Below, piece after piece: positions 41,477 through 50,824 of a DNA stretch of 64,000 nucleotides. A model generated the notes under the pieces. That model saw nothing but the letters and a program-made list of their open reading frames with translations, had not been told where the DNA came from and ran no database searches. The first letter of the stretch is position 1. Each line of letters opens with the position of its first letter. Source of the stretch: an uncultured Gemmatimonadales bacterium (lineage in GTDB: Bacteria; Gemmatimonadota; Gemmatimonadetes; Longimicrobiales; RSA9); NCBI GenBank assembly GCA_963708135.1, contig OY970192.1, forward strand, positions 2,720,001 to 2,784,000. Reading direction: 5' to 3'. The position numbers and the translations under genes are program-made.

Positions 41477-41917
41477 TCAGGGTGTCGCCCCGCGTCCCGG
41501 CGTCGGCTGAGGATGGGGAAGGGGAAGGGCCGGATCCGCAGCGGAGACGGCGCCCCCGCCCGGATGGCCCAGCTCGTGGACGTAGCCGGCGACGGCATCG
41601 ATCTCCATTGGCGTGAGCTGACCACCGCCCGTGTGCGGCATCGGACGCGGGTGCCCGGCCGGCAGGGGCACGCCCTGGCGGACGATCGCCGCGATCGCCG
41701 GCGCGCTGCCGTCCCCGTGGCTCCAAGCCTCGTCCGTCAGGTCCGGGCCCAGCTCCGTCCCCTTCCCCGCAGCGCCGTGGCACGAGATGCAGCGGCCCCT
41801 CCCCTCGTAGACCTCGCGGCCCGGACCTCCCGCCCGCCCCGCCGCATCCGTCAAGGCGAACGCCGCCGCTATCCCGGCGGCGACGATCATCGTCCTCAGC
41901 ACCAGCTCGTGGCTCAC
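41477..41917 (-). CDS. Monoheme c-type cytochrome
   Basis: CISCH, GPDLTD..W.HGDGS and PMP; signal-like N-terminus; GGAGG upstream. Confidence 0.8.
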   Translation of the reverse strand: MSHELVLRTMIVAAGIAAAFALTDAAGRAGGPGREVYEGRGRCISCHGAAGKGTELGPDLTDEAWSHGDGSAPAIAAIVRQGVPLPAGHPRPMPHTGGGQLTPMEIDAVAGYVHELGHPGGGAVSAADPALPLPHPQPTPGRGATP

Positions 41918-42219
41918 GACGCTATCCTCCGCTGACACCGCCGGCTGTCCCGCGGCCGCCGCCCACGATGCCCGGGGAGGCGGGGCGCGGCATCGCGGCC
42001 CCGGTCTCCAGGCCGCGCGCCTCGTGCCACCCGGCCGGGCGCGCGCCTCGAGACCCGCAATCCAAAGCGGTGGAACGGGTTGGGACATCACCGGGCGGGT
42101 GGGTCCGGCGGGCGCGGCGTCGCACAATGTCCTGGCGCACCGCGGGGTGCGGGGCGGCCGGGACATCCTGTCTCTCCGCCGGCCGGCGGAGCCGGAGTCG
42201 GCTCCCGGATGCGGCGCGG

Positions 42220-43581
42220 CTAGTGGAACGTCCCGAACAGGTCCGTGGTCGGCCAGCTCGTGACCTGCTGGGAGGCGGTCCAGAGGTCGGCGTCGAGGTC
42301 GGCGGCGAAGAGGTCGCCGGCGGGGCTCTCGGTGCGGGCGTTGAAGAAGGCGGCCCACTCGAGGCCGTTCCAGGCGCGCACCACCAGCGTGCTCGTGCCG
42401 GGGAGGCTGCCGTTGTGCCACCAGTTGGCGTCGCCGTTCGATGGGCGGACGAGCCAGCCCATGGCGTACCAGTAGGCGCTGCCGGTCCAGGTGGCGTTGG
42501 CGGCGGAAGGCCGGGCCGTCATGGTCTGGAGCGTCGCGGCGGAGAGCAGGTCCGGCCGGTCGGCGCGGCCGTCTACGGCGCCCAGGAAGCGAAGGTAGTC
42601 GATGGTCGAGGACACCCAGGCGCCGTGCGAGTCCATCGCCTCGAGGTAGAAGCCGCCGTACGGCGTCGGTACCGAGCCCTCGCCCGGGAAGACCGACTGG
42701 GTCGTCTGGTAGCTCAGCCCCTGCCCCGGCACCGCGTAATAGCGGACCTCGCCGGGCGCCGCCTCCGACAGGCGGGTGCGGCCCTGCACCATGTGCAGCA
42801 CCCCGGCGGGCGCCAGGATGTTCTGCCGGACCCAGTCGGCGTACGGCGTGCCGGTGACGCGCTCGATCACCCTTCCGAGGACGTCGTAGCCGAAGTTGGA
42901 GTAGGCGTACCGGGTGCCCGGATCAAACTGGAGCGGCTGTCCGCGCATGTAGCGGATCACCGTCTCCGCGCTGGCCGGCGCGGGCGCGCCCACCGCATCC
43001 GCCGCGGTCTGCGGCCGGAACATCGGATCGAAGCTCTGCTGGCTGTCCCAGCCGCCGGAGTGCTGAAGGAGCTGCTCGACGGTGATGAGCTTCAGGCGCG
43101 GGTCCTCCGTCGCGCCCGCCGGTGGCTCGAGGTCGGAGAGATGGGAGAACGCGCGGTCGCCGAGGTCCAGCTTCCCGTCCTGGTACAGCTTCATGACGGC
43201 CGCTGCCGTGATCGGCTTCGACAGGCTCGCCACCCTGAACAGCGCATCAGGCTCGGCCTTCACCTTCCCCTCGACATCCGCCCAGCCGTAACCGTGCGCG
43301 AACACCAGCCTCCCGTCCTTCACCACCGCCACCGCGCCCCCCGGGATGCCGTACTGCTTCATCAGCGCCGGGATGATCCGGTCGTAGCTCTCCATCCCCG
43401 GCGATGCCGGACCCGTGATCGGAATCGAGTCGCTTCCCGCCGGGGTGGTCGGCGTCGTGTCCGGCGGCGGAGCCGTCTTCGTCACGCCCGTGGGCTCGCC
43501 GCCGCCGCAGGCCGCCAGCAGGGCGAGACCGAGAGCGGCGGCCGCCGCTCTCGTGTTCCGTAGGCCTGGGGTCCAGCTCAT
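42220..43581 (-). CDS. Serine hydrolase, beta-lactamase family lipoprotein
   Basis: LAAC lipobox, ASLSK, LLQHSGG, YSN and HNGSLPG. Confidence 0.9.
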   Translation of the reverse strand: MSWTPGLRNTRAAAAALGLALLAACGGGEPTGVTKTAPPPDTTPTTPAGSDSIPITGPASPGMESYDRIIPALMKQYGIPGGAVAVVKDGRLVFAHGYGWADVEGKVKAEPDALFRVASLSKPITAAAVMKLYQDGKLDLGDRAFSHLSDLEPPAGATEDPRLKLITVEQLLQHSGGWDSQQSFDPMFRPQTAADAVGAPAPASAETVIRYMRGQPLQFDPGTRYAYSNFGYDVLGRVIERVTGTPYADWVRQNILAPAGVLHMVQGRTRLSEAAPGEVRYYAVPGQGLSYQTTQSVFPGEGSVPTPYGGFYLEAMDSHGAWVSSTIDYLRFLGAVDGRADRPDLLSAATLQTMTARPSAANATWTGSAYWYAMGWLVRPSNGDANWWHNGSLPGTSTLVVRAWNGLEWAAFFNARTESPAGDLFAADLDADLWTASQQVTSWPTTDLFGTFH

Positions 43582-43679
43582 ACCGCGCTCCCTCGCGAGG
43601 TCCTCTGCGTCCACCCCTGTATACAGAAACTAGCGCGGGCGGCTCCGCGCCGCCAGCGGAGCGGGGCGCCGGGGGTTCA

Positions 43680-43814
43680 GCGCACCGCTCCGCTCCTCGG
43701 GCTCAGGGCGCGACGACGGGCACGGTGAAAGGGCCCGGGATCATGGGCGCACCGCTCCGCCTTCCCGGGCTCAGGGCCCCACGACGAGCACGGTGAAGGA
43801 CCCGGGGATCATGG
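43680..43814. repeat. Degenerate tandem duplication (about 67 bp) spanning the YncE-like gene stop codon
   Basis: GCGCACCGCTCCGC..GGGCTCAGGGC..CACGGTGAA..GGGATCATGG at 43680 and 43747. Confidence 0.8.
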
Positions 43815-44823
43815 GCGGCCGGCGGCGCTGGCCGGGCGCGGCGGCGGGGGCCGGGCCGAACCTCGCGGCGGGCGTGAACACGCGGTGCGTGCGGGTGTCG
43901 AGCGTGATCGTACGCGCGCTGGCCTGGGTCGGCACCGTCGCCACGACGGAGTACTTGTCGGGCGAATCCTCGTGGACGACGGTGAGCGTTCCGTCGCGGC
44001 CGTTGGGGCTGAAGGCGAGGCCGGTGGCCGGATCGAACGCCGCCCCGTCCACGCCTCGCCCGATGGGGACGGTGGTGACGAGCTTGTGGCCGGCGGCGTC
44101 GCTCACGGCCAGGATCCCGTTGCCGCAGGCGGAGAAGAGGCGGTGGTGGGCGTTGTCGAGCGCCAGCCCGCTCGGCTCCTCGCAGGGGGCGATCGACCAG
44201 CGCGCCTCCTCCTTCAAGGTCCGGCCGTCGAAGGCGACGATCTCGCCCTTGTCCTCGATGTTCGCGAAGATCCGCCCGGTGCCGTCGGCCACCGCCTCCT
44301 CCGGCTTGCCGCCCAGGGCGAGCGTGCCGATGACCTTCCCGCCGGCGGCATCGATCGCGGTCGTGTTGCCGCTCCGTCCGTTGAAGGTGAAGACGCGCCT
44401 GGTCGCCGGGTCGTAGAGGATGGCGTCCGGGTTCTGCCCCGTCGTGGCGATGGAGCCGGTGGTGGCGAGCGTCTTCGTGTCGAACACCGTCACCTGGTTC
44501 GCACGCCCGTCGCTCACGAAGCCCCGCCCGAGCTCCGGTGCGATCGCGATCCCGTGCACCCCCTGCGTGTTCGCGATCTCGCCGACCGGCTTGCCCGTGT
44601 CCAGGTCGAGCACGTGCACCCGGTCCGCGTGGGACACGTACAGGCGCCGCGCCGCCGCGTCCGCGTACAGGTAGTCCCAGAACCCCTGGTCCCCGCCTAC
44701 CGCCCAGCGGGCCGTGACGTGGTAGCCCGCGCCCTGCGCGCGCAGGACCGCGGGAAGGACCAGGACGAGCGCGACGAGAAGCGATCCTGCGCGGGATGGG
44801 CGAGACGGACGCCGCGGTTCCAT
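43771..44823 (-). CDS. YncE/YVTN-type beta-propeller secreted protein
   Basis: Signal peptide; WDYL, GVHGIA, NPDAILYDP and ARTITLD repeats. Confidence 0.85.
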   Translation of the reverse strand: MEPRRPSRPSRAGSLLVALVLVLPAVLRAQGAGYHVTARWAVGGDQGFWDYLYADAAARRLYVSHADRVHVLDLDTGKPVGEIANTQGVHGIAIAPELGRGFVSDGRANQVTVFDTKTLATTGSIATTGQNPDAILYDPATRRVFTFNGRSGNTTAIDAAGGKVIGTLALGGKPEEAVADGTGRIFANIEDKGEIVAFDGRTLKEEARWSIAPCEEPSGLALDNAHHRLFSACGNGILAVSDAAGHKLVTTVPIGRGVDGAAFDPATGLAFSPNGRDGTLTVVHEDSPDKYSVVATVPTQASARTITLDTRTHRVFTPAARFGPAPAAAPGQRRRPPMIPGSFTVLVVGP

Positions 44824-45092
44824 GAGAAGCTCTCCGGTGAGGGATGCTGGATGGGACAGCAAGGAGTACAGACAACCTGCGGCCCGCGTTTGTCCGCGGA
44901 AAGGCGCACATGCACTTGACTCCACGGTCGCCGTCATGCATCCTTTCCCCTGAACATTTCATGGAAGGCGACGACGCGCGCCCGAGACTCCCCCGCCGCG
45001 CCGACCAATGCCCGGGCGCCGATTCGTCGGGTGGGCCGGGTGTGCCGATCCGCTGTACCGAGAAAGGGAGGCGCGAGCTGGCCGAAACCAAC

Positions 45093-45410
45093 ATGGCCCT
45101 GCTCCAGGGCACGCTGGACCTCCTGGTCCTGAAGACGCTCATGTGGGGACCGCGGCACGGGTATGCGATCGCGGGGTGGATCCTGGACACGAGCGGCGAG
45201 GAGCTGCGGATCGAGGACGGGGCGCTGTACACGGCGCTGCACCGGATGGAGAAGCGGGGCTGGCTGGCCTCGGAGTGGGGGCTCTCGGAGAACAACCGGA
45301 AGGCGAAGTATTACCGGCTGACGGCCGCGGGCCGGCGGCAGCTGGCGGCGGAGTCGGCGCTGTGGGAGCGGTACGCGGCGGCGGTGTTCCGGGTGCTGCG
45401 GACGGCATGA
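45093..45410 (+). CDS. PadR family transcriptional regulator (acidobacterial type)
   Basis: LLQGTLDLLVLKTL, HGYAIA, GALYTALHRME and WGLSENNRKAKYY; could start at CTG 45078 after GGGAGG. Confidence 0.93.
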   Translation: MALLQGTLDLLVLKTLMWGPRHGYAIAGWILDTSGEELRIEDGALYTALHRMEKRGWLASEWGLSENNRKAKYYRLTAAGRRQLAAESALWERYAAAVFRVLRTA

Positions 45411-45446
45411 GCCGGGAAGCGCGCCGGACCAAGCGTACGAGCACCG

Positions 45447-45770
45447 GGAGGTCTCGATCCAAGGGCGCAGCCGTGCGTGCGCGCAGCGGTGAACTCCCCA
45501 CCCGTACCCGGGCGCAGAGACGGCTGGGGAGTTGACCGCGGTATTCGTTGTCAACTCCCCAAGGGCCGCAGGTTCATGGGAACGATTGGGGAGTTTGCCG
45601 CGCTATTCGCAGTCAAGTCCCCAAGCATCGATTCCACAGCCGACCCGTGGGGACTTTCCAGCCCTCGCGGGCTGGCGTCATCCCGCATGCCGGTGGGGAC
45701 TTGCCTGCCCTCGCGGGCTGGATGCGTCATCCCGCATCCCGGTGGGGTCTTCCTCCCCTGGCGGGCCCGA
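45447..45770. repeat. Dispersed multi-hairpin element, copy 2, followed by three direct repeats of about 47 bp
   Basis: Colinear with 36551-36773; GTGGGGACTT..GCCCTCGCGGGCTGG..CGTCATCCCGCAT repeated from about 45647. Confidence 0.85.
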
Positions 45771-45779
45771 GGTGTCGGG

Positions 45780-45852
45780 GCGGCAGCCGGCGGCGAAGTC
45801 GGCGCTGCGGGAACGATACGCGGCGGCGGTGTTCCGGGCTTTACGGGCGGCG
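45780..45852 (+). pseudogene. Degenerate duplicate of the padR 3' end
   Basis: Matches 45335-45407 at 62 of 73 nt (RQPAAKSALRERYAAAVFR vs RQLAAESALWERYAAAVFR). Confidence 0.8.
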
Positions 45853-45889
45853 GTAGGCGGGACGGAAACGGGTGACACGGAGGCGATCC

Positions 45890-48616
45890 ATGGATGGATT
45901 TCCCGGACTGCGGCGGATCTTCCGGCTTCCGGCGTCGGCCTCGCGGGTGGGCGAGGACGTGGACGCGGAGCTGGCGTTCCACGTGGAGGAGCGTGTGCGC
46001 GAGCTGGTGGCGGCGGGGCGGACCGAGGAGGAGGCACGCGCGGAGGCGCTGGCCGGCTTCTCGGACCTGGACGCGACGCGCGCGGAGCTTCGCCGGCTGG
46101 ACCGGGAGCGGGTGGGAGCGGAGCGGCGGGCGGAGTGGTGGCGGGCGCTCGCGCAGGACGCGCGGCATGCGCTGCGCGGGCTGCGCAAGCGCCCGGGCCT
46201 CGCGCTGGTGGTGGCGCTGACGCTCGGGATCGGCGTGGGCGCGAACGCGACGATGTTCGGGATCCTGGACCGGGTGCTGCTGGAGCCGCCGCCGCATATC
46301 GCGAATCCGGAGCGGGTGCGGCGGATCTACTTCAAGGTCCGTTTTGGCGGGGAGGAATACACGCAGCAGCGCACGTCGTATCCGGACTACGAAGCGGTGC
46401 GGGACGGCGCGCGCGGCTTCGAGGCGCTGGCGGCGTCCTCGCGGGGGTCGCTCTCGCTGGGGAGCGGCACGTCCGCCGAGAAGCTGACGGACGTGGAGGC
46501 GACGGCGAACTACTTCGAGGTCCTGGGGACCAAGCCGGTGCTGGGCCGCTTCTTCACGGCCGCGGAGGCGGGCCCTCAGGCCGCGCGGCGCGTGGCGGTG
46601 CTGTCGTGGGGGCTGTGGCAGCGCAGGTTCGGCGGCGCGAACGACGCGCTGGGGCAGCAGATCCGCCTGAACGGCGATCCGTACACGGTGATCGGCGTGG
46701 CGCCGCGCGGCTTCACGGGACCGGACCTGGAGCGGGTGGATCTGTGGATCCCGCTGGGCACGGCCACGATCGCGATCGAGGAGTGGTCGCACTCGCGCAA
46801 CTGGTACTGGCTCTCGATCATCGGGCGGCTGAAGCCGGGCGTCGATCCGGGCGTGGCCGAGGCGCAGGCGACGGCGGCGTACCGCGCGGGCCGGGCGGCG
46901 TGGCGGGAGGAGCAGGTGGCGGCCGGGAAGGGCTCCGATGGTGCGTTCGGCCCCGGGAAGATCCTGCTCGGTCCGGTGCTCGAGACGCGGGGCCCGGAGG
47001 CCCCGCCGGAGGCCAAGATCGCGGCGTGGCTGGGCGGCGTGTCGCTGGTCGTGCTGCTGATCGCGTGCGCCAACGTGGCGAACCTGCTGCTGGCGCACGC
47101 GATCTCGCGGCGCCGGGAGATCGCGGTGCGTCTGGCACTCGGCGTGGGGCGGCGTCGCCTGGTGACGCAGCTCCTGACGGAGAGCCTGGTGCTGGCGGCG
47201 GCCGGCGGGGCGGCCGGGCTGGCACTGACCTGGTGGGGCGCGGCGGCGCTGCGGCGCCTGCTGCTCTTGGACGTGGCGTGGGAGGGCGCGCCGGTGGACG
47301 GGCCGGTGCTCCTCTTCGCGCTGGGCGCGGTGCTCTTCACCGGGATCGTGACGGGCCTGGTCCCGGCGCTGCAGGCGAGCAGCCCGGACCTCTCGGCGGC
47401 GCTCAAGTCGGGGGTGCGGGAGGGGACGCACAGGCGCTCGCGCACGCGCACGGCGCTCCTGGTGACGCAGGCCGCGCTCTGCACGCTGCTCCTGGTGGGG
47501 GCGGGGCTGTTCGTGCGCAGCCTGCACCGCGTGACGTCGCAGGACCTGGGGATGGACCTCGATCACGTGCTGGTGGCGTGGGTGAACCCGGGCGCCAGCC
47601 TCCAGCGCGATCCCGCGGACCAGGACGCCTTCTACCTGGCCGCGCGCGAGCGGCTGGCCGCGGTCCCGGGCGTCACGCGCACCGCGATCGGCCGCACCAT
47701 CCCGTTCCGCAGCAGCTACGGCGCCCACCTTTCGGTCGAGGGGCGGGACTCGCTGCCCAGGTTCGATGACGCCGGGCCGTACGTTTACTCCGTCTCCCCC
47801 GGCTACCTGGCCACGGTCGGCACGAGGGTGCTGCGCGGCCGGCCGTTCAACGCCGGCGACGTGAAGGGCTCGGCGCGCGTGGCGATCGTGGGGGAAACCT
47901 TCGCGCGCACGGTCTGGCCGGGTCAGGATCCGATCGGCAAGTGCGTGCGCATCGGCGAGCCGCCCCAGCCGTGCACGACCGTGGTGGGCGTGGCCGCGGA
48001 CATCCACCGCGAGGAGATGGAGCCGAAGAAGACCGGCATCTACTACGTCCCCTTCACCCAGGCGCCGGACTGGCTCGGCCCGCGCGCCGTATTCCTGCGC
48101 ACGGCGACCCCCGCGGCGGGGCTCGCACTCCCGGTCCGGCAGGCACTCGAGTCGGTGCGGCCCGGCCTACCCTACGCGGACGTGCACACCCTTGCCGACC
48201 TCGTCGCGCCGGGGATCCGCCCGTGGCGGCTGGGCGCCACCATGTTCACCATCTTCGGCGCGATGGCGCTCCTGCTCGCGGCCGTCGGGCTCTACAGCGT
48301 CCTCGCCTACGCGGTCACGCAGCGCCGCCACGAGTTCGGCGTGCGCGTGGCGCTCGGCGCCGGGGCCGGCGCGGTCGTTCGGCTGGTGGTCGGGGAGGGC
48401 GCGCGCGTGGCGCTGGCCGGCGTCGCCATCGGCGCGGCGGCGGCGCTGCTGGCCGGCAAGGCGCTCGCGCCGCTCCTCTTCCAGACCTCGCCCCGCGACC
48501 CGCTGGTCTTCGGCGGCGTGGCGCTCACGCTGCTCGCGGTCGCCGTCGCCGCCAGCGCGCTGCCCGCGTGGAGCGCCGCGAGGACGGACCCGCTGAGGAC
48601 GCTAAAGGCGGAGTGA
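45890..48616 (+). CDS. ADOP-type ABC permease with N-terminal prefix domain
   Basis: ELAFHVEE..EEAR prefix; [21 protein letters not shown] and [18 protein letters not shown]. Confidence 0.9.
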   Translation: MDGFPGLRRIFRLPASASRVGEDVDAELAFHVEERVRELVAAGRTEEEARAEALAGFSDLDATRAELRRLDRERVGAERRAEWWRALAQDARHALRGLRKRPGLALVVALTLGIGVGANATMFGILDRVLLEPPPHIANPERVRRIYFKVRFGGEEYTQQRTSYPDYEAVRDGARGFEALAASSRGSLSLGSGTSAEKLTDVEATANYFEVLGTKPVLGRFFTAAEAGPQAARRVAVLSWGLWQRRFGGANDALGQQIRLNGDPYTVIGVAPRGFTGPDLERVDLWIPLGTATIAIEEWSHSRNWYWLSIIGRLKPGVDPGVAEAQATAAYRAGRAAWREEQVAAGKGSDGAFGPGKILLGPVLETRGPEAPPEAKIAAWLGGVSLVVLLIACANVANLLLAHAISRRREIAVRLALGVGRRRLVTQLLTESLVLAAAGGAAGLALTWWGAAALRRLLLLDVAWEGAPVDGPVLLFALGAVLFTGIVTGLVPALQASSPDLSAALKSGVREGTHRRSRTRTALLVTQAALCTLLLVGAGLFVRSLHRVTSQDLGMDLDHVLVAWVNPGASLQRDPADQDAFYLAARERLAAVPGVTRTAIGRTIPFRSSYGAHLSVEGRDSLPRFDDAGPYVYSVSPGYLATVGTRVLRGRPFNAGDVKGSARVAIVGETFARTVWPGQDPIGKCVRIGEPPQPCTTVVGVAADIHREEMEPKKTGIYYVPFTQAPDWLGPRAVFLRTATPAAGLALPVRQALESVRPGLPYADVHTLADLVAPGIRPWRLGATMFTIFGAMALLLAAVGLYSVLAYAVTQRRHEFGVRVALGAGAGAVVRLVVGEGARVALAGVAIGAAAALLAGKALAPLLFQTSPRDPLVFGGVALTLLAVAVAASALPAWSAARTDPLRTLKAE

Positions 48617-48629
48617 GGGCTCCGGCCGT

Positions 48630-49313
48630 TCAGCCGCCCGGATTCGCCGCCTCGACCTGCTGCCTCCACGCCTCGTTGGCGTAGAGCGCGACCTCGATGC
48701 GACGGTTCTGCTGGCGGCCCGCGTCCGTCGCGTTGGACGCGATCGGGTCCGTCTCTCCCATCCCCTTCGTCGCCACGCGTGAGGGCGTGACGCCGATCGA
48801 CTCGAGGTAGGCGGCGGCCGATTGCGCCCGCCGCTCCGAGAGCGACTGGTTGTAGGTCTCGGTGCCGACCGAGTCAGTATGTCCGATGATGAGGACGTTC
48901 TCGTTCGGGTACTGCTTCAGGCTCGCCGCGAGGTTCTGGAGGTTGTCCTGCGCGGCGGCGCGCAGCGCCGAGGAGTCGAAGTCGAAGAGCAGCCCCGAGG
49001 GGAAGCTCACCACCATCCCTTCGCCCACGCGGGTGACGGTCGCACCCGGCACCGTCGCCTCGATCTGCTTGGCCTGCTGGTCCATCTGATGGCCGATGAC
49101 CGCGCCGGCCACGCCACCCACGGCCGCGCCGATGATGGCGCCGCGGGCGGTGTTGCCCGTCACGTGTCCTATCACGGCGCCGGCGGCCGCACCGGCGCCC
49201 GCGCCGATGGCCGCGCCCTTCTCCGTCTTGTTGAGCGCGCAGCCGGCGAGGCCGAAGTTCGCCAGCGTCGCGAGCGTCGCCGCCGCCAGTACGCCGCGTC
49301 TCGCTCCGGTCAT
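48630..49313 (-). CDS. OmpA family lipoprotein with glycine zipper (YiaD-like)
   Basis: LAGC lipobox, Gly-zipper, GHTDSVG..NQSLSERRA and NRRIE. Confidence 0.92.
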   Translation of the reverse strand: MTGARRGVLAAATLATLANFGLAGCALNKTEKGAAIGAGAGAAAGAVIGHVTGNTARGAIIGAAVGGVAGAVIGHQMDQQAKQIEATVPGATVTRVGEGMVVSFPSGLLFDFDSSALRAAAQDNLQNLAASLKQYPNENVLIIGHTDSVGTETYNQSLSERRAQSAAAYLESIGVTPSRVATKGMGETDPIASNATDAGRQQNRRIEVALYANEAWRQQVEAANPGG

Positions 49314-49458
49314 GAGAGCCCCCGTGGTCCTGGTTTCGTTTGTTGCTTCCGGGGGAAAGTGGGAGCAAGGGTGGTGCCAGAAGGGGCCGGAGATTCGGGG
49401 CTCGTTCGGGTTCGGCGGCATTCGCGCCCGATGATCGGCGCGTGCGTGTCCCGGCCCA

Positions 49459-50685
49459 CTACTTCAGATGCAGGTTCAGTACGGGCAGCCAGCGCAGCGG
49501 CGGGCGGTTGTTCGCGGCGTGGTTGAGCAGCCCGATCTGCACGCCGTGCAGCTCGCGGGCGGAGTTGAAGACGCCGATCGCGAGGCCGCGCTGCACGCCG
49601 CGGATGTCGTTGTAGCCGGCGAGGGTGAGGCCGGCCTGCTCGCGGGTCTTGACCCAGCCGGCGGCGCCGAGGCCGTGCACCGCGCCGGCGTCGATCTTGT
49701 AGCCGGCGAGCGCGGCGCCGCGCACGGCGCCCTGCGCCACGATCCCGAGGCCGGCGGCGGTGAGCCAGGCGACGTCGCCCTGTCCGACGACCGCGAGCCC
49801 CGCCGCGCTCACGCCCGTCACGTCGCCCTGTGCGACGACGGCGAGGCCGGCGGCGCTCACGCCGCGCATCCGGCCCTGCCCGACCACGGCCAGCCCCGCG
49901 AGGCTGGCGCCCGTCATGTCGCCGCCCGACACGGTGGCGAGGCCGGCGATGGCGATCCCGCTCAAGCCGCCCTGCGCCACGGTGGCGAGACCGGCCACGC
50001 TCAGGCCGGCGGTGGCGCCCTGCGAGACGGTGGCGAGGCCGGCGATGCCGATCCCCTCCATGTCGCCCTCGGCCACGGTGCCGAGGCCGGAGAGGCTGAT
50101 GCCGCGCATGCGCCCCTGCGAGACGACGCCGAGCCCGCCGAGGCTGATCCCCTGGACGTCCTCGTTGCCGACGATGCCGAGCCCGGCGAGGTTGATGCCG
50201 TGCATCCCGCCGTTCGAGACGAGGCCGAGGCCGGCGAGGGAGATCCCGTCCATCCCGCTCTCGGCGACGACGCCGAGCCCGCCCACCGTCAGCCCGCGCA
50301 TGGTGCCGTTGGAGACGGCGCCCGCCAGGCCGAGGTTGAGCCCCGAGAGCTCCAGCTCGCCCACGGGGCCGCCGAGCCCGAGGTTCAGCCCGCGCAGCCG
50401 CGCGCCGGCGGGCGCGAGCCCGAGCGAGATGCCCGTGAAGGTGCCGGTGGGGTGCTCGTCGGGGCGCCAGAGCGTGATGTTCAGCCCGCTCACCCGCTCG
50501 ACCCCGCGGTCGACCCAGTTGATGCGGACTCCCGTCCAGCGGGGCGAGTTGCCGATGCTCAGCCCGACGTGCTGGATGCCGAGGTCGATCGACCCGCCGG
50601 CCTGGGCGGCGGCGGCGGCGGGAAGGGCGAAGACAGGGACGATCGCGAGGACGGCGGCGATTGCACGGGCTCGCATGGCGCTCAT
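49459..50685 (-). CDS. Secreted Gly-rich 15-aa repeat protein (LA_2272-like beta-solenoid)
   Basis: Signal peptide; repeated GISLAGLGLVSNGGM-type units; C-terminal GVQIGLLN..LPVLNLHL. Confidence 0.75.
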   Translation of the reverse strand: MSAMRARAIAAVLAIVPVFALPAAAAAQAGGSIDLGIQHVGLSIGNSPRWTGVRINWVDRGVERVSGLNITLWRPDEHPTGTFTGISLGLAPAGARLRGLNLGLGGPVGELELSGLNLGLAGAVSNGTMRGLTVGGLGVVAESGMDGISLAGLGLVSNGGMHGINLAGLGIVGNEDVQGISLGGLGVVSQGRMRGISLSGLGTVAEGDMEGIGIAGLATVSQGATAGLSVAGLATVAQGGLSGIAIAGLATVSGGDMTGASLAGLAVVGQGRMRGVSAAGLAVVAQGDVTGVSAAGLAVVGQGDVAWLTAAGLGIVAQGAVRGAALAGYKIDAGAVHGLGAAGWVKTREQAGLTLAGYNDIRGVQRGLAIGVFNSARELHGVQIGLLNHAANNRPPLRWLPVLNLHLK

Positions 50686-50824
50686 CGGTTCGGGAACGGA
50701 GTGGCGGTCGCGAACCTTACGCCCGCCGGGGCGCGGGGGTTTCCAGCGCCTGTGCGGACCTCCGCGTCTCCGCGAGACAGAGGCACGCCGGCAAGTGCGG
50801 GGGCACGCGAGGCCGACCAGGGTT

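Noticed and set aside
45335..45852. padR or yncE 3' duplicates as DGR TR/VR pairs
   Set aside because: Mismatches involve all bases rather than only A on either strand.
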